Origin: a virus
Lineage: Duplodnaviria; Caudoviricetes
Direction: 5' to 3' (one strand)
Length of the DNA stretch: 38,229 nucleotides
IMG/VR virus record: IMGVR_UViG_3300022936_000020
Span: 1 to 38,229 of that record
In this document: piece by piece, positions 8,803-17,801 of the stretch
How the letters are laid out: every line of letters starts with the position of its first letter
Numbering within the stretch: position 1 is the first letter of the stretch
The notes under the pieces: model-generated
Told to the model about the DNA's origin: nothing
What the model saw: the letters and a program-made list of their open reading frames with translations, nothing else
The model's database searches: none
Translations under genes and position numbers: made by a program

Positions 8803-8990
8803 TGGAGCCTTGGTATGGAGATCGTGACCCCCACGAGGTCGATCAGGGATGCGGAGAATACGACGGAACTTCGTGCGAAGTGTGCGGAAGAGAGCGCGTC
8901 ATGATCGGCGGCGCGACTGGCAAGCGCATCTGTGAAAAGTGCGGCCATTATCAGGAACCCCCCACCCCCACCCGCGTTGACGCAGCATGA
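8802..8990 (+). CDS. Small zinc-ribbon protein
   Basis: CEVCG...ICEKCG; ATG 8802 after GGGGAG. Confidence 0.7.
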   Translation: MEPWYGDRDPHEVDQGCGEYDGTSCEVCGRERVMIGGATGKRICEKCGHYQEPPTPTRVDAA

Positions 8991-9151
8991 CCCTTCTCCT
9001 CACCCTCCTAATCGCTCTCGTCGTTCTGGTGCTGATCCTCTACGCCATCGACATGATCCCGCTGGGCGACGTTCGCATCAAGCGCCTGATTCAGGCCGTT
9101 GTCGTCCTCCTCGCCGCTTTGTGGGTTGCGCAGAGGGCGGGGGTGTTGTAG
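8987..9151 (+). CDS. 54-aa two-TM membrane protein (resembles Thivi_2564-type small membrane proteins), absent from ORF track
   Basis: MTLLLTLLIALVVLVLILYAIDMIPLGDVRIKRLIQAVVVLLAALWVAQRAGVL; ATGA overlap. Confidence 0.8.
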   Translation: MTLLLTLLIALVVLVLILYAIDMIPLGDVRIKRLIQAVVVLLAALWVAQRAGVL

Positions 9152-9227
9152 TTACTTGGCGCTTCCAAAGCTGTCGCGAAGTCAGATTCGCGGTTAGAGG
9201 GTTTGGGTTAAGCCCAACCGACAACGG

Positions 9228-9265
9228 CCCGCCAATGTCCTTGCGATGTTGGCGGGTTTCGTTTT
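9228..9265 (+). terminator. Intrinsic terminator overlapping a promoter
   Basis: CCCGCCAATGTC-CTTGC-GATGTTGGCGGG then TTTCGTTTT. Confidence 0.75.
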
Positions 9266-9270
9266 ATAAT
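9241..9270 (+). promoter_or_regulatory. Putative sigma70 promoter
   Basis: TTGCGA-N18-TATAAT. Confidence 0.65.
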
Positions 9271-9275
9271 AACCA

Positions 9276-9404
9276 CACAGAGACCGACTGGATTCCGGTT
9301 GGATGCGCACTCTGTAAGCGGTGCAGGATTTGAACCCCGGCCGCGAATGGCTGCGGAGCCATATAAGCCCCTCGCTCCCTAACCGGACGAGGGGCTTTCT
9401 CTTT
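9276..9404 (+). ncRNA. Putative structured small RNA (~125 nt)
   Basis: Bounded by a TATAAT promoter and a terminator; ACAGAG/CTCTGT stem encloses a CCGACTGG/CCGGTTGG hairpin; no RBS-led ORF inside. Confidence 0.5.
9365..9404 (+). terminator. Intrinsic terminator
   Basis: AAGCCCCTCG...CGAGGGGCTT followed by TCTCTTT. Confidence 0.8.
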
Positions 9405-9446
9405 GGAGTGAGCGGGGGTATGGTGGGCGGTCAGATGGAGAGAGAC

Positions 9447-9701
9447 ATGACCGAGCCAGCAATTCAACCCGACCTTCTCAAGTGTGCAACGCTTCTGTCA
9501 GATGATGGCGATCCCGTTGTCAGCGCTGTCGCTTTCTGGGTTAACGAAGAAGACCGAGGCCTTGGCTTCGTTCGTAACGTAAACAGCAAGGAAGACGCGC
9601 AGGATTTGGCGAAGATGCTGAGAGATCACGCCAACACCCTAGACAACTGGAAGCCAACAGATTGGAAGGCGTTTTACGCCGAACTGGAGGAAGTCCAATG
9701 A
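9447..9701 (+). CDS. Hypothetical protein
   Basis: ATG after CAGATGGAGAGAGAC; MTEPAIQPDLL... Confidence 0.75.
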   Translation: MTEPAIQPDLLKCATLLSDDGDPVVSAVAFWVNEEDRGLGFVRNVNSKEDAQDLAKMLRDHANTLDNWKPTDWKAFYAELEEVQ

Positions 9702-9922
9702 CCACGCCCATCAAATCCACCGCCGCGCACGTCCTGTCCACTGGCGAAGCGACTGATGAGGAAGCCAGGTCGCTCGCGGCCTACGCGCTTGGCGACGCTG
9801 CTCCGACGCGAACCACGCGCAGCTTGTCTGACCTCCAGGCACTATACGACAAGGTGAATGGCGTGGAGGGGCAGACGGAGCGCGCAAGGGCGATTAAAGC
9901 TGAGATGGAGCGCATGTCGTGA
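9698..9922 (+). CDS. Hypothetical protein
   Basis: GGAGG RBS, ATGA overlap; MTTPIKSTAAHVLS..ARSLAAYALG. Confidence 0.75.
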   Translation: MTTPIKSTAAHVLSTGEATDEEARSLAAYALGDAAPTRTTRSLSDLQALYDKVNGVEGQTERARAIKAEMERMS

Positions 9923-10128
9923 ACCGCCGCGCCCTTGAACTTTCATCTGGCTCCACGCTTGCGCACCAACCGACTGACTGGAACGCCTCGTTCGCAAAGG
10001 CTGCGATTGTACATCAGGGCTTGTATGGCGCTCGTTTAGATAGCGACAGTGCGGCAATTGTCCGTGCCAACGCCATCAAGGAAGCGCCGCTTGTGCCGCT
10101 GCTAGAGATCGTTCGCGGTAGGCTGTGA
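9919..10128 (+). CDS. Hypothetical protein
   Basis: GTGA overlaps at both ends, bridging to TerL. Confidence 0.55.
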   Translation: MNRRALELSSGSTLAHQPTDWNASFAKAAIVHQGLYGARLDSDSAAIVRANAIKEAPLVPLLEIVRGRL

Positions 10129-11504
10129 GGCTTGCGGTCACAGACGTTTACGAGGCCCGCCAAGAGTTAATGCGGCGAGGGGTTCGCGACTATAGCTGGG
10201 TTGAGGTTCCTCCCAAGCTGGCCCCGATGTTCAGCAAGCCCAGCCGCTACAAAGGCGCGTATGGAGGGCGTGGATCTGGCAAGACGCGATCTTTCGCTCT
10301 CATGTCCGCCGTGTTCGGAACAGCAGCAGTCGCGCAGGGGAAATCAGGCGTCATCCTATGCGGACGTGAGTTTCAGAACTCGCTAAGTGATTCGTCGTTC
10401 GCAGAGGTTAAGGCTGCAATCGAGTCTGACCCTTGGCTTGCGCGTCAGTGGGAGATTGGTCGCCAATACATCCGGCACGTGTCCGGCAAGGTCGAGTATG
10501 TCTTTTCGGGCCTGCGCCACAACATCGAATCGTTGAAAGGCAAGGCGCGCATTCTTTTGGCTTGGGTCGATGAGGCCGAGCAAGTCAGCGAAATGAGTTG
10601 GAAGACCCTCATTCCTACGGTGCGTGAGCCTGGGTCGGAGATATGGATTACGTGGAACCCGTCTAGCCCTGATAGCTCCACGCATCGTCGCTATCGCACT
10701 GAGGCGACCGACGACATGCAGATTGTAGAGCTAAATTGGAGTGACAACCCTTGGTTCCCGTCCGTGCTGGACGATGAACGCAAGCGCGATCTTCTCGTCA
10801 GGCCCGATGACTACACGCACATCTGGCAGGGCGGCTTCATGGCCCGCTCTGATGCCAAGGTGTTCAAGAACTTCCGTGTTCAAGAATTCGACAGCCCCGC
10901 CAACGCTACATTCCGCTTTGGAGCGGATTGGGGCTTCTCCGTTGATCCGGCTGTCCTGTTGCGTGGGTTCATCGGCAAGTGGGAAGATGGCAGGCCTGTC
11001 AACGACCCATCGGGGCGGGTGCTGTTCATTGACCATGAAGCTTATGAGGTAGGGATTGAGGTTGACGAAACGCCAGCTTTCTTTGACCGCATCCCAAGGT
11101 CTAGAGACTTCCGCATTACAGCAGACACGGCACGTCCTGAGCTTGTCAGCTACATGCGCAGGCACGGCTTCCCAAAGATCATCCCGGCTACAAAAGGCGC
11201 AGGATCTATCGAGGATGGCATATCGTTCTTGCAGTCATTCGAGATTGTGATTCACCCCCGTTGCCCTGAGACAGCGCGGGAGTTTGGCGGCTTCAGCTAC
11301 AAGATCGACAAGCAGACGGATGAGGTCTTGCCGTTCCTAGATGCTTGGGATGACCACACTATTGACGCGGCTCGATACATGCTAGAGGGGCTGAGACGAC
11401 AAGGCGTTGCGCCTAAGCCTGAAAAAGGCGATACTCGACGCCCGAAAGACCTGTATTCACGCGACAGATACGCAGACGAGGACGGCGGCGGACTTTATGG
11501 CTGA
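10125..11504 (+). CDS. terL: Terminase large subunit (PBSX family)
   Basis: YGGRGSGKT Walker A, WVDEAE Walker B, TWNP, GADWGF, DHTIDAARY nuclease motifs. Confidence 0.96.
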   Translation: MRLAVTDVYEARQELMRRGVRDYSWVEVPPKLAPMFSKPSRYKGAYGGRGSGKTRSFALMSAVFGTAAVAQGKSGVILCGREFQNSLSDSSFAEVKAAIESDPWLARQWEIGRQYIRHVSGKVEYVFSGLRHNIESLKGKARILLAWVDEAEQVSEMSWKTLIPTVREPGSEIWITWNPSSPDSSTHRRYRTEATDDMQIVELNWSDNPWFPSVLDDERKRDLLVRPDDYTHIWQGGFMARSDAKVFKNFRVQEFDSPANATFRFGADWGFSVDPAVLLRGFIGKWEDGRPVNDPSGRVLFIDHEAYEVGIEVDETPAFFDRIPRSRDFRITADTARPELVSYMRRHGFPKIIPATKGAGSIEDGISFLQSFEIVIHPRCPETAREFGGFSYKIDKQTDEVLPFLDAWDDHTIDAARYMLEGLRRQGVAPKPEKGDTRRPKDLYSRDRYADEDGGGLYG

Positions 11505-13422
11505 TGTATTTTTCGCTGAAGAAGAACTGTTGCTCTCTCCCGAAGAGCAGGAGCAGGCCGATCTAGTCGCGCGTCTTCGGCTGATCGACAGCGCGCCACT
11601 CAAGCGCATGGTGGACGAGTTTCGAGACGGGACAGAGATTGGTCGCGCTCAGTCCGAGAAATGCCGCAGATATTATGACGGCGAGCAGCTAGACGGACCG
11701 AAGACGCTGGCTCTACGCCGGGCCAGACAGCCCCGTGTCATCCGCAACGAGATCAAGCCTGCCATCAATGGCCTGCTAGGCATCCTGCAACAGGCCAAGG
11801 TTGACCCCCGCGCCTGGCCTCGCAATCCCGACAACGAAGATCAGGCGGATGTTGCGTCCAAGGCCCTGCGCTACGTGGCTGACGTTAATCGCTTCCACAA
11901 GACGAAGATCGACGTTGCAGAGAACCACCTGATTGAGGGGGTGGCGGCGGCTATTGTCGAGGCAGATGAGAAGACCGGCGCGGTGATCCATCGCATTCGG
12001 TATGACGAGATTATTTACGACCCCCGTTCACGTGAGGCCAACTTCTCGGATGCCATCTTCAAGGGCGTTGGCAAGTGGCTGTATGAGCAGGACGTGCAGC
12101 GCATGTATCCGCATTTGGCGGAAGACATCGGCGTGTCATTTGAGACGGGCTGGGGCGTGGATCTAGGCCTTGGCACGATGTATGAGGACAAGCCTGATAG
12201 CGTGGGCGGAAACTCATATTGGATGGACAAGAAAAAGCGACGCCTGTTTGTCGTGGAACTCTATCACCGCGAAGACCAGTGGATGCGGACGGTGTTCTAT
12301 GTCGGTGGCGTCCTAGAGCAGGACGTGTCGCCGTATCTGGACGACGATCAGGAGCCAATTTGTCCTATCGTCATGGGGTCGTGCTTTATCGACCGAAAGA
12401 ATCAGCGCTATGGCCTCGTGGCGTCTATGCTGTCGCCGCAGGACGAGCTAAACGCATACACGTCTCGCGCGCTGCACTTGGCTAACCATCGCCAGCTTCA
12501 GATTAGCGATCCAAACTTCCCGCCTGAGGTGGATTCCAAGACGGCAAGTGCCGAAGCGGCTAAGGCAGATGGCGTGATTCCGCTGGGATATACAGCCGTT
12601 CCCACGAACGACATGCTGCAATCCATCAGCCTGATGATGGCGGACGCCCGTCAGGCGCTCGTCAGGCAGGCCCCCACGCCCGCTGTGCTGGCTGATGCAT
12701 CAGGGTCCAACGAATCGGGCCGGAGCCGCTTGGTGCTGCAACAAGCGGGCATGACGGAGATTGCTCGTGCGCTGGGTCGCTTGGAGGATTGGGAGAACGA
12801 GATCTATCGCCAAGCATGGTTGCGCCTGAAGCAGTTCAAGACGGAACCGTGGTGGATCAGGATCACGGGGGACGAAGGCAAGCCAGACTTTGCGGGCGTT
12901 AACATGCCCGCTGATGCACAGGGACAGCCGATTGATCCTCAAGTCGTCCAGATGATGCAAATGCAGGGGATTCAGCCGCCGCAGATCACAAACAAGCTGG
13001 CTGACATGGACGTGGATATTGAGGTAGAGACCGTGCCTGACACGGCGAACCTACAGGCTGAGCAGTTTGAGGCTATCGCGCCTCTGTTGCCTCAGATCGC
13101 CGAAGCCTATGGTCCGGCTAAGGCCCTAGAGCTTGCACTGGCGTTGTCGTCCATTCCCGACAAGGGCCGCATCAAGTCGATCCTGGATTCCGAGAAGGAC
13201 GATCCGCAGGCGCAGCAGATGGCGCAGATGCAGCAGCAAATGCAACAAATGCAAGTTGAGCTGGGGATGCGTAAGGCTCAGGCAGATATTGCGAAAGTCG
13301 AGAGCGATACGGCGCTCAATGTGGCCCGCGCCAAATCTGAAGAGGCTGGTGTGGTAATCGACGCGGCGGAAATGCAGCAGAAAGCCTATGACCTTGCAAC
13401 TCGAAAAGAACCACAGTATTAA
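11497..13422 (+). CDS. Portal protein (P22-like)
   Basis: Follows TerL; RRYYDGEQ, NEIKPAIN, IIYDPRSREANFSDA, SPQDELN; Q-rich C-terminal barrel. Confidence 0.92.
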   Translation: MADVFFAEEELLLSPEEQEQADLVARLRLIDSAPLKRMVDEFRDGTEIGRAQSEKCRRYYDGEQLDGPKTLALRRARQPRVIRNEIKPAINGLLGILQQAKVDPRAWPRNPDNEDQADVASKALRYVADVNRFHKTKIDVAENHLIEGVAAAIVEADEKTGAVIHRIRYDEIIYDPRSREANFSDAIFKGVGKWLYEQDVQRMYPHLAEDIGVSFETGWGVDLGLGTMYEDKPDSVGGNSYWMDKKKRRLFVVELYHREDQWMRTVFYVGGVLEQDVSPYLDDDQEPICPIVMGSCFIDRKNQRYGLVASMLSPQDELNAYTSRALHLANHRQLQISDPNFPPEVDSKTASAEAAKADGVIPLGYTAVPTNDMLQSISLMMADARQALVRQAPTPAVLADASGSNESGRSRLVLQQAGMTEIARALGRLEDWENEIYRQAWLRLKQFKTEPWWIRITGDEGKPDFAGVNMPADAQGQPIDPQVVQMMQMQGIQPPQITNKLADMDVDIEVETVPDTANLQAEQFEAIAPLLPQIAEAYGPAKALELALALSSIPDKGRIKSILDSEKDDPQAQQMAQMQQQMQQMQVELGMRKAQADIAKVESDTALNVARAKSEEAGVVIDAAEMQQKAYDLATRKEPQY

Positions 13423-13493
13423 AGACTACAGGGACACTCGCCGATGATCGGGGTGATTTCGGTTAGCCGCCGTTAATCAGGCAAGGAGACGGA

Positions 13494-14276
13494 ATGACTG
13501 ACGTTGTTGATCGCATGGGCGATGATTGGCTTGAAGAAGCCGGTGAGACCCAAGATCCTGTCGAAGCGCCGGAAGTTGTGGCGGCACCTGATGTCGTAGA
13601 GACGCAGGAACCACAAGAGCCGGAACCGACGCAGGAAGTTCAGCAACAAGCCGAGCCGGAAGAGAAGTTCAACCCGACGCTCTACAAAGAGATGAAGGAA
13701 GAACGTCGCAAGCGGCAGGAAGCGGAACGTGAGCGCGAGGAGTTGCGGCAACAGTTCGCAGCAGTCCAGCGCCAACAACCGCAGCCACAGGCGCAAGTTA
13801 TTCCCGATGCGTATGAAGACCCCAACGGCTTCGCGGCTTATGTTCAGTCTGAACAGGCCAAGATGAAGTGGGATGCGACCGTTGAGATTTCCAAGTTCAA
13901 GGCCGAACACAAGTTTGGCGAGGACACGGTTAAGGAAGCGATTGCATGGGCTCAGCAGCAAGCCTCCGCTGATCCCGCCTTGGACATGCGTATCGGACGC
14001 GCTCAGTCTCCAGTAGAATTCGTAGTTCAGGAATACCAGCAGTCACGGACCCTTCAATCACTAGCCGGTAAGTCTCCAGAAGACTTCGCGCGGGACTATG
14101 CGATTAGCCAGGGCTGGATTGTTGCTCAACCGGAGGCCGCAGTGCCTTCTCAACAGCAACCGTCTCCCTCTAAAACGCCCCCTCGCAGTCTTGCTTCGAA
14201 GCCCGGTAACGGTGGAGTTAGCCAAGTTCCTCAAGGTGCGGATTGGTCGGAGGTAAAATTCGCACTGGATAGGTAA
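13494..14276 (+). CDS. Capsid scaffolding protein
   Basis: Acidic Pro-rich N-terminus, KEERRKRQEAE coiled coil, PPRSLAS tail; lies between portal and capsid. Confidence 0.85.
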   Translation: MTDVVDRMGDDWLEEAGETQDPVEAPEVVAAPDVVETQEPQEPEPTQEVQQQAEPEEKFNPTLYKEMKEERRKRQEAEREREELRQQFAAVQRQQPQPQAQVIPDAYEDPNGFAAYVQSEQAKMKWDATVEISKFKAEHKFGEDTVKEAIAWAQQQASADPALDMRIGRAQSPVEFVVQEYQQSRTLQSLAGKSPEDFARDYAISQGWIVAQPEAAVPSQQQPSPSKTPPRSLASKPGNGGVSQVPQGADWSEVKFALDR

Positions 14277-15406
14277 TGGCCGAAGTCATTATTAACTCGA
14301 ATCTCAACGAGACTCGCTGGCTAATCAACGACTACTACAAGCCCTACATTCGCGCCTCCGGGTTCGATATGTTCATGGGCGAGGGTTCGGATGCGGTTAT
14401 CCGCATCTTCAACGAATCCAAGACCGATGGCGGCAAGGACATCATCGTTCCGCTACTGGGTGTCATCAAGAACGCGGGTGTTCGCGGTTCTCAGGTCCTT
14501 GAAGGCAACGAAGTCGATCTGGAACAGTTCGTTGACAAAGTCACGACGGAATACCGTCGTAACGCTGTCAAGGTTCCGAAGTCCACCAGCTACAAGTCGA
14601 ACATGGACATCCTGCGTGTTGCGGGTCCGTCTTTGCGCGATTGGGCTGCTCGGATCGTTCTCAAGACCGGCATCATCGAGAACCTGACCGGTATCCCTGT
14701 TCAGGGCCTGTCGAACGCTGAAGGCTTCCTGACGCCTGACGTGGTTGTGCCTTACACCACCGCTACCCCTGCACAACGTAACGCCTTCCTGGTGAATAAC
14801 GCGGATCGCGTTCAGTTCGGCGTCCTCGTGTCGAACGGCTCGTCCAACGTCATGGCTACGGCTCTGGCGACTCTGGACAACACTGACGACAAGATGAGTA
14901 CGGCGGTTCTGGATCTGGCTCGTGAACGTGCGGCCGCTACGGCTGACATCTCCGCGACTGGACCGGCGATCAACCCGTATCGTCTGGACAACGGCGAAGA
15001 GTGGTATGTGGTCTTCGTCCAGCGTCGTCAGATGCGTGATCTGCGCCGCGACCCAACGATGTTCCAAGCCAATCGTGATGCGATGGAACGCGGTCGTGAT
15101 AACCCCTTGTTCCGCAACGGCGACTTGCTGTGGAACGGCATGATCATCAAGGAGATCGCCGATCTTCCGGTGATCGCAGGTGCTGGCGCTGGCGGTATTG
15201 ACGTGGCTCAAGCCACGCTGTGCGGTCAATCTGCAATGGCTGTTGCCTGGGGTCAGCGTCCGCGCCTGATCACTGACAACTCGCAAGACTACGAGTTCCG
15301 TCCTGCCAAGGCCATTGAAGAGCTGATCGGCATCAAGAAGACCACCTTCCAAGGCGTCAACTACGGCGCATATCACATTTACACGGCTGCTTCGGCCTCC
15401 CTGTAA
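14276..15406 (+). CDS. Major capsid protein (N4-gp56/DUF4043-like)
   Basis: GVRGSQVLEGNE, NPLFRNGDLLWNGMIIKE, LCGQSAMAVAWGQ; strongly biased codon usage. Confidence 0.92.
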   Translation: MAEVIINSNLNETRWLINDYYKPYIRASGFDMFMGEGSDAVIRIFNESKTDGGKDIIVPLLGVIKNAGVRGSQVLEGNEVDLEQFVDKVTTEYRRNAVKVPKSTSYKSNMDILRVAGPSLRDWAARIVLKTGIIENLTGIPVQGLSNAEGFLTPDVVVPYTTATPAQRNAFLVNNADRVQFGVLVSNGSSNVMATALATLDNTDDKMSTAVLDLARERAAATADISATGPAINPYRLDNGEEWYVVFVQRRQMRDLRRDPTMFQANRDAMERGRDNPLFRNGDLLWNGMIIKEIADLPVIAGAGAGGIDVAQATLCGQSAMAVAWGQRPRLITDNSQDYEFRPAKAIEELIGIKKTTFQGVNYGAYHIYTAASASL

Positions 15407-15417
15407 TCACCAACCAT

Positions 15418-15450
15418 TCCCCCGGCTAGGCAATCCCGTCTAGCCGGGAA
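15418..15450 (+). other. Stem-loop after the capsid gene (attenuator or mRNA stabiliser)
   Basis: CCCGGCTAG...CTAGCCGGG inverted repeat without a long U tract. Confidence 0.55.
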
Positions 15451-15471
15451 ACGGTAGAAGGAAATATCTCT

Positions 15472-15933
15472 ATGGCTGTTTTCAACAGTGACGCTATTGC
15501 CCGCGCTCTTCCGGTCCCCGGTTTCGGCGCTGGCGGCGGTCAGGTTCGTTGCCAATACACCAAGGTCACTCTGACCGCTGGCGCGACCACGACCGACACT
15601 ATCAACCTGTTCCGCCTGCCTGCGAACTTCCGCATTCAGGATATTCGGGTGAAGTATCCCGCTTTTGGTGGCGCGACGACCTTGAACATCGGTGACGCTG
15701 GGTTCACTCAACCTGACGGCACCGTTTTGGCTGCTGACCCTGACCGCTACTTTGCGGCTGGCTCGATTGCCACGGCGGGGAACTCTGATGCCATCGCCAA
15801 TACCGGCCTGTTCCTGCGTGGCCCCTCCAGCCGGTTCCTGACAGTCACGGCGGCTCTTGCGGCTGGCACGGTTGCGACGCCGGGTGATCTGGAAGTCGCT
15901 CTGTTCTACACGGTTGAAGAACCTCAAGCGTAA
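15472..15933 (+). CDS. Putative capsid decoration/minor capsid protein
   Basis: Directly after MCP; DTINLFRLPAN, TLNIGD..DPDRYFAA; high-expression codons. Confidence 0.7.
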   Translation: MAVFNSDAIARALPVPGFGAGGGQVRCQYTKVTLTAGATTTDTINLFRLPANFRIQDIRVKYPAFGGATTLNIGDAGFTQPDGTVLAADPDRYFAAGSIATAGNSDAIANTGLFLRGPSSRFLTVTAALAAGTVATPGDLEVALFYTVEEPQA

Positions 15934-15943
15934 GGAGGATGTG

Positions 15944-16285
15944 ATGAAAGTCACCTATCACGGAGAATATCCCGAGGGCCAGGTCAATGAGGACGGTGAT
16001 CAATTCATCGTCCAGCATGACCACACTTTCGTTCGCGGCAAGTCCGTGGACGTGAAGGAAGAGGTCTTGCAAGCCAAGTTCGCTCAGAACCGTTTCTTTG
16101 AGACGGCAAAGAGCGACAAGGACGATGTTGATGCAGCAAAGGATGAGGCAGAAGAAGCCGAAGTCCAAACGCTGCGTGACTATCTGAAGGCTGAAAACGT
16201 GCCTGCTCATCACAAGCTAGGGCTGGAAGGCTTGCGCAAACTGAAAGCACAGCACGAAGACGCCAAGGATAAGGCTCAAGACTGA
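15944..16285 (+). CDS. Hypothetical virion-cluster protein (C-terminal short helical hairpin)
   Basis: AAGGAGG RBS; LRDYLKAENVPAHHKLGLEGLRKL. Confidence 0.7.
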   Translation: MKVTYHGEYPEGQVNEDGDQFIVQHDHTFVRGKSVDVKEEVLQAKFAQNRFFETAKSDKDDVDAAKDEAEEAEVQTLRDYLKAENVPAHHKLGLEGLRKLKAQHEDAKDKAQD

Positions 16286-16914
16286 TGAAGACGGCAAGAG
16301 ACGTTATCACGCTGTCGCTTAAGAAGATCGGCGTTCTCCGCTCAGGCGGCGAGGCGTCGGCTTCTGATGCGGCTGACGCGCTGGCATCTCTTGCCTCTTT
16401 GTATGAGGAATGGATCTCGCAGGGCGCATTCGGACGGGTGCGCGATGTGGTGGTGAATGTCGCTGGCGAAGCGACGGCCTATCCGAGTGTCCACATTAAC
16501 GAGATGGTTGATGGCGTAACCATCGATCTGCCTCAGACGGTTCCGTATGACTACTGGTATACGTGGCGTCCCTATCGCGACTACGGCTGGGGGCTGAATG
16601 TCCCGCTTGGTGGCGACGACGGCTATAACGTCCCGCGCGATAAGTCAGTGATCCGCATCACGTCGAGCGAGAACACGACGCGCGCAACCTACATTTACGA
16701 CGGCACGATTCAGCGTTGGATGCGGATCGACAATATCACGCTGGCTGACGAAGCTCCGCTGAGTGCTAGAGGCTTTGATGGTCTCGCCTCGGTGCTGGCT
16801 GTTCGCCTGACTGAATTGTTCGGCTCTGAACTGGCAGGGCCTCAAACGCTTCGCAGCGCCAACCGCTACAGCGTTGCGCTAGTCACCAATTACGGCAACG
16901 AGGAAGACTGCTAA
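16285..16914 (+). CDS. Head-tail adaptor (P22 gp4-like)
   Basis: MKTARDVITLSLKKIGVL..GEASASDAADALASL..W; LAVRL near C-terminus. Confidence 0.75.
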   Translation: MKTARDVITLSLKKIGVLRSGGEASASDAADALASLASLYEEWISQGAFGRVRDVVVNVAGEATAYPSVHINEMVDGVTIDLPQTVPYDYWYTWRPYRDYGWGLNVPLGGDDGYNVPRDKSVIRITSSENTTRATYIYDGTIQRWMRIDNITLADEAPLSARGFDGLASVLAVRLTELFGSELAGPQTLRSANRYSVALVTNYGNEEDC

Positions 16915-17348
16915 TGCCTGGTCCCTACAACCCTGGTCAAGCGGCCATTCGCGCCGTTATGGTCAACCCCACAACGGGCGCTGATGTCGTACCCGCGACG
17001 AGCGCTACGGATGGTTCGACACGGAATACGGGCGCTAACGGCACTAGTGCCGCCACGACCGCTAATCCGGTCCCTACAGCGACGTATGGCGCGGCATCTC
17101 TTGCCACGTCTCAGGTAACCGTCGGCACGGGTGCAACGCAGATTGTCGCGGCTCGCTCGGGCCGTATGGCTGTGACCATTACGATGGTGGGCGCGGGTGA
17201 CGTGTTTGTTGGCGTTACCGGAGTCACTGTCGCCAACGGCGCTCTGCTGCTAGGAACAAAAGGCTCCAGCATCACAATCCCTACCCAGGCCGCTGTCTTT
17301 GGCATTGGGGCTGTGGCGCAGGCCGTGAGCGTTCTGGAGACCTTCTAA
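16914..17348 (+). CDS. Putative virion structural protein
   Basis: Thr/Ala/Gly/Val-rich beta-type sequence in tail cluster; coupled start. Confidence 0.65.
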   Translation: MPGPYNPGQAAIRAVMVNPTTGADVVPATSATDGSTRNTGANGTSAATTANPVPTATYGAASLATSQVTVGTGATQIVAARSGRMAVTITMVGAGDVFVGVTGVTVANGALLLGTKGSSITIPTQAAVFGIGAVAQAVSVLETF

Positions 17349-17801
17349 GTGGCCGATCAAGGATCTAACCCCGCTGTAGACACGTCATCTTTCGCTCGTA
17401 AGGACGAAATGCCGACTGCTGCAACGAGTGCGCCTCCGTCTGTGGCGGATAACAGCGCCTTGGGGACGCAAAACACCGTCTACGCTCTGGCGAACCACAC
17501 CCATGCCTCAAAAGCCCGCAAGTCTCGTATGACGAGTGCGGCAGATGGGTCTCTTGTCTGGACGTTCAATCCGCCGTTCACCAATGGCGTAACGCCTATC
17601 ATCAGCGCCATTGCAGAAACTGGCGTAGGCGTCACAGACGTGATCAACGTTCAGGTCGAAGGGACACCTACAAGCACGTCAGCAAATCTTCGTGTCACAC
17701 GCACGAATAGATCAACTGTCGCTCTCATTGGCCTAACGATTCTTTCCTTGCCTTCATCCCCTGGCGCGACAGTCGTTCATGCTATCGCTCTGGAGCCGTA
17801 A
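17349..17801 (+). CDS. Putative virion structural protein
   Basis: YALANHTH fibre-type motif; Ser/Thr-rich; coupled to neighbours. Confidence 0.65.
   Translation: MADQGSNPAVDTSSFARKDEMPTAATSAPPSVADNSALGTQNTVYALANHTHASKARKSRMTSAADGSLVWTFNPPFTNGVTPIISAIAETGVGVTDVINVQVEGTPTSTSANLRVTRTNRSTVALIGLTILSLPSSPGATVVHAIALEP

Noticed and set aside
9315-9372. Possible tRNA or tmRNA on the minus strand (GGTTCAAATCC T-loop-like motif)
   Set aside because: The T-stem pairs over only three positions, and no acceptor stem, D-arm or anticodon arm can be built
9321-9446. N-terminal extension of ORF 9321-9701
   Set aside because: Crosses a terminator and lacks an RBS; the strong RBS points to ATG 9447
13200-13260. 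CAG-rich microsatellite
   Set aside because: Encodes the ordinary Gln/Met-rich portal barrel helix
14453-15376. 307-aa minus-strand ORF within the capsid gene
   Set aside because: Expected antisense frame from biased codon usage; no RBS or recognisable domain
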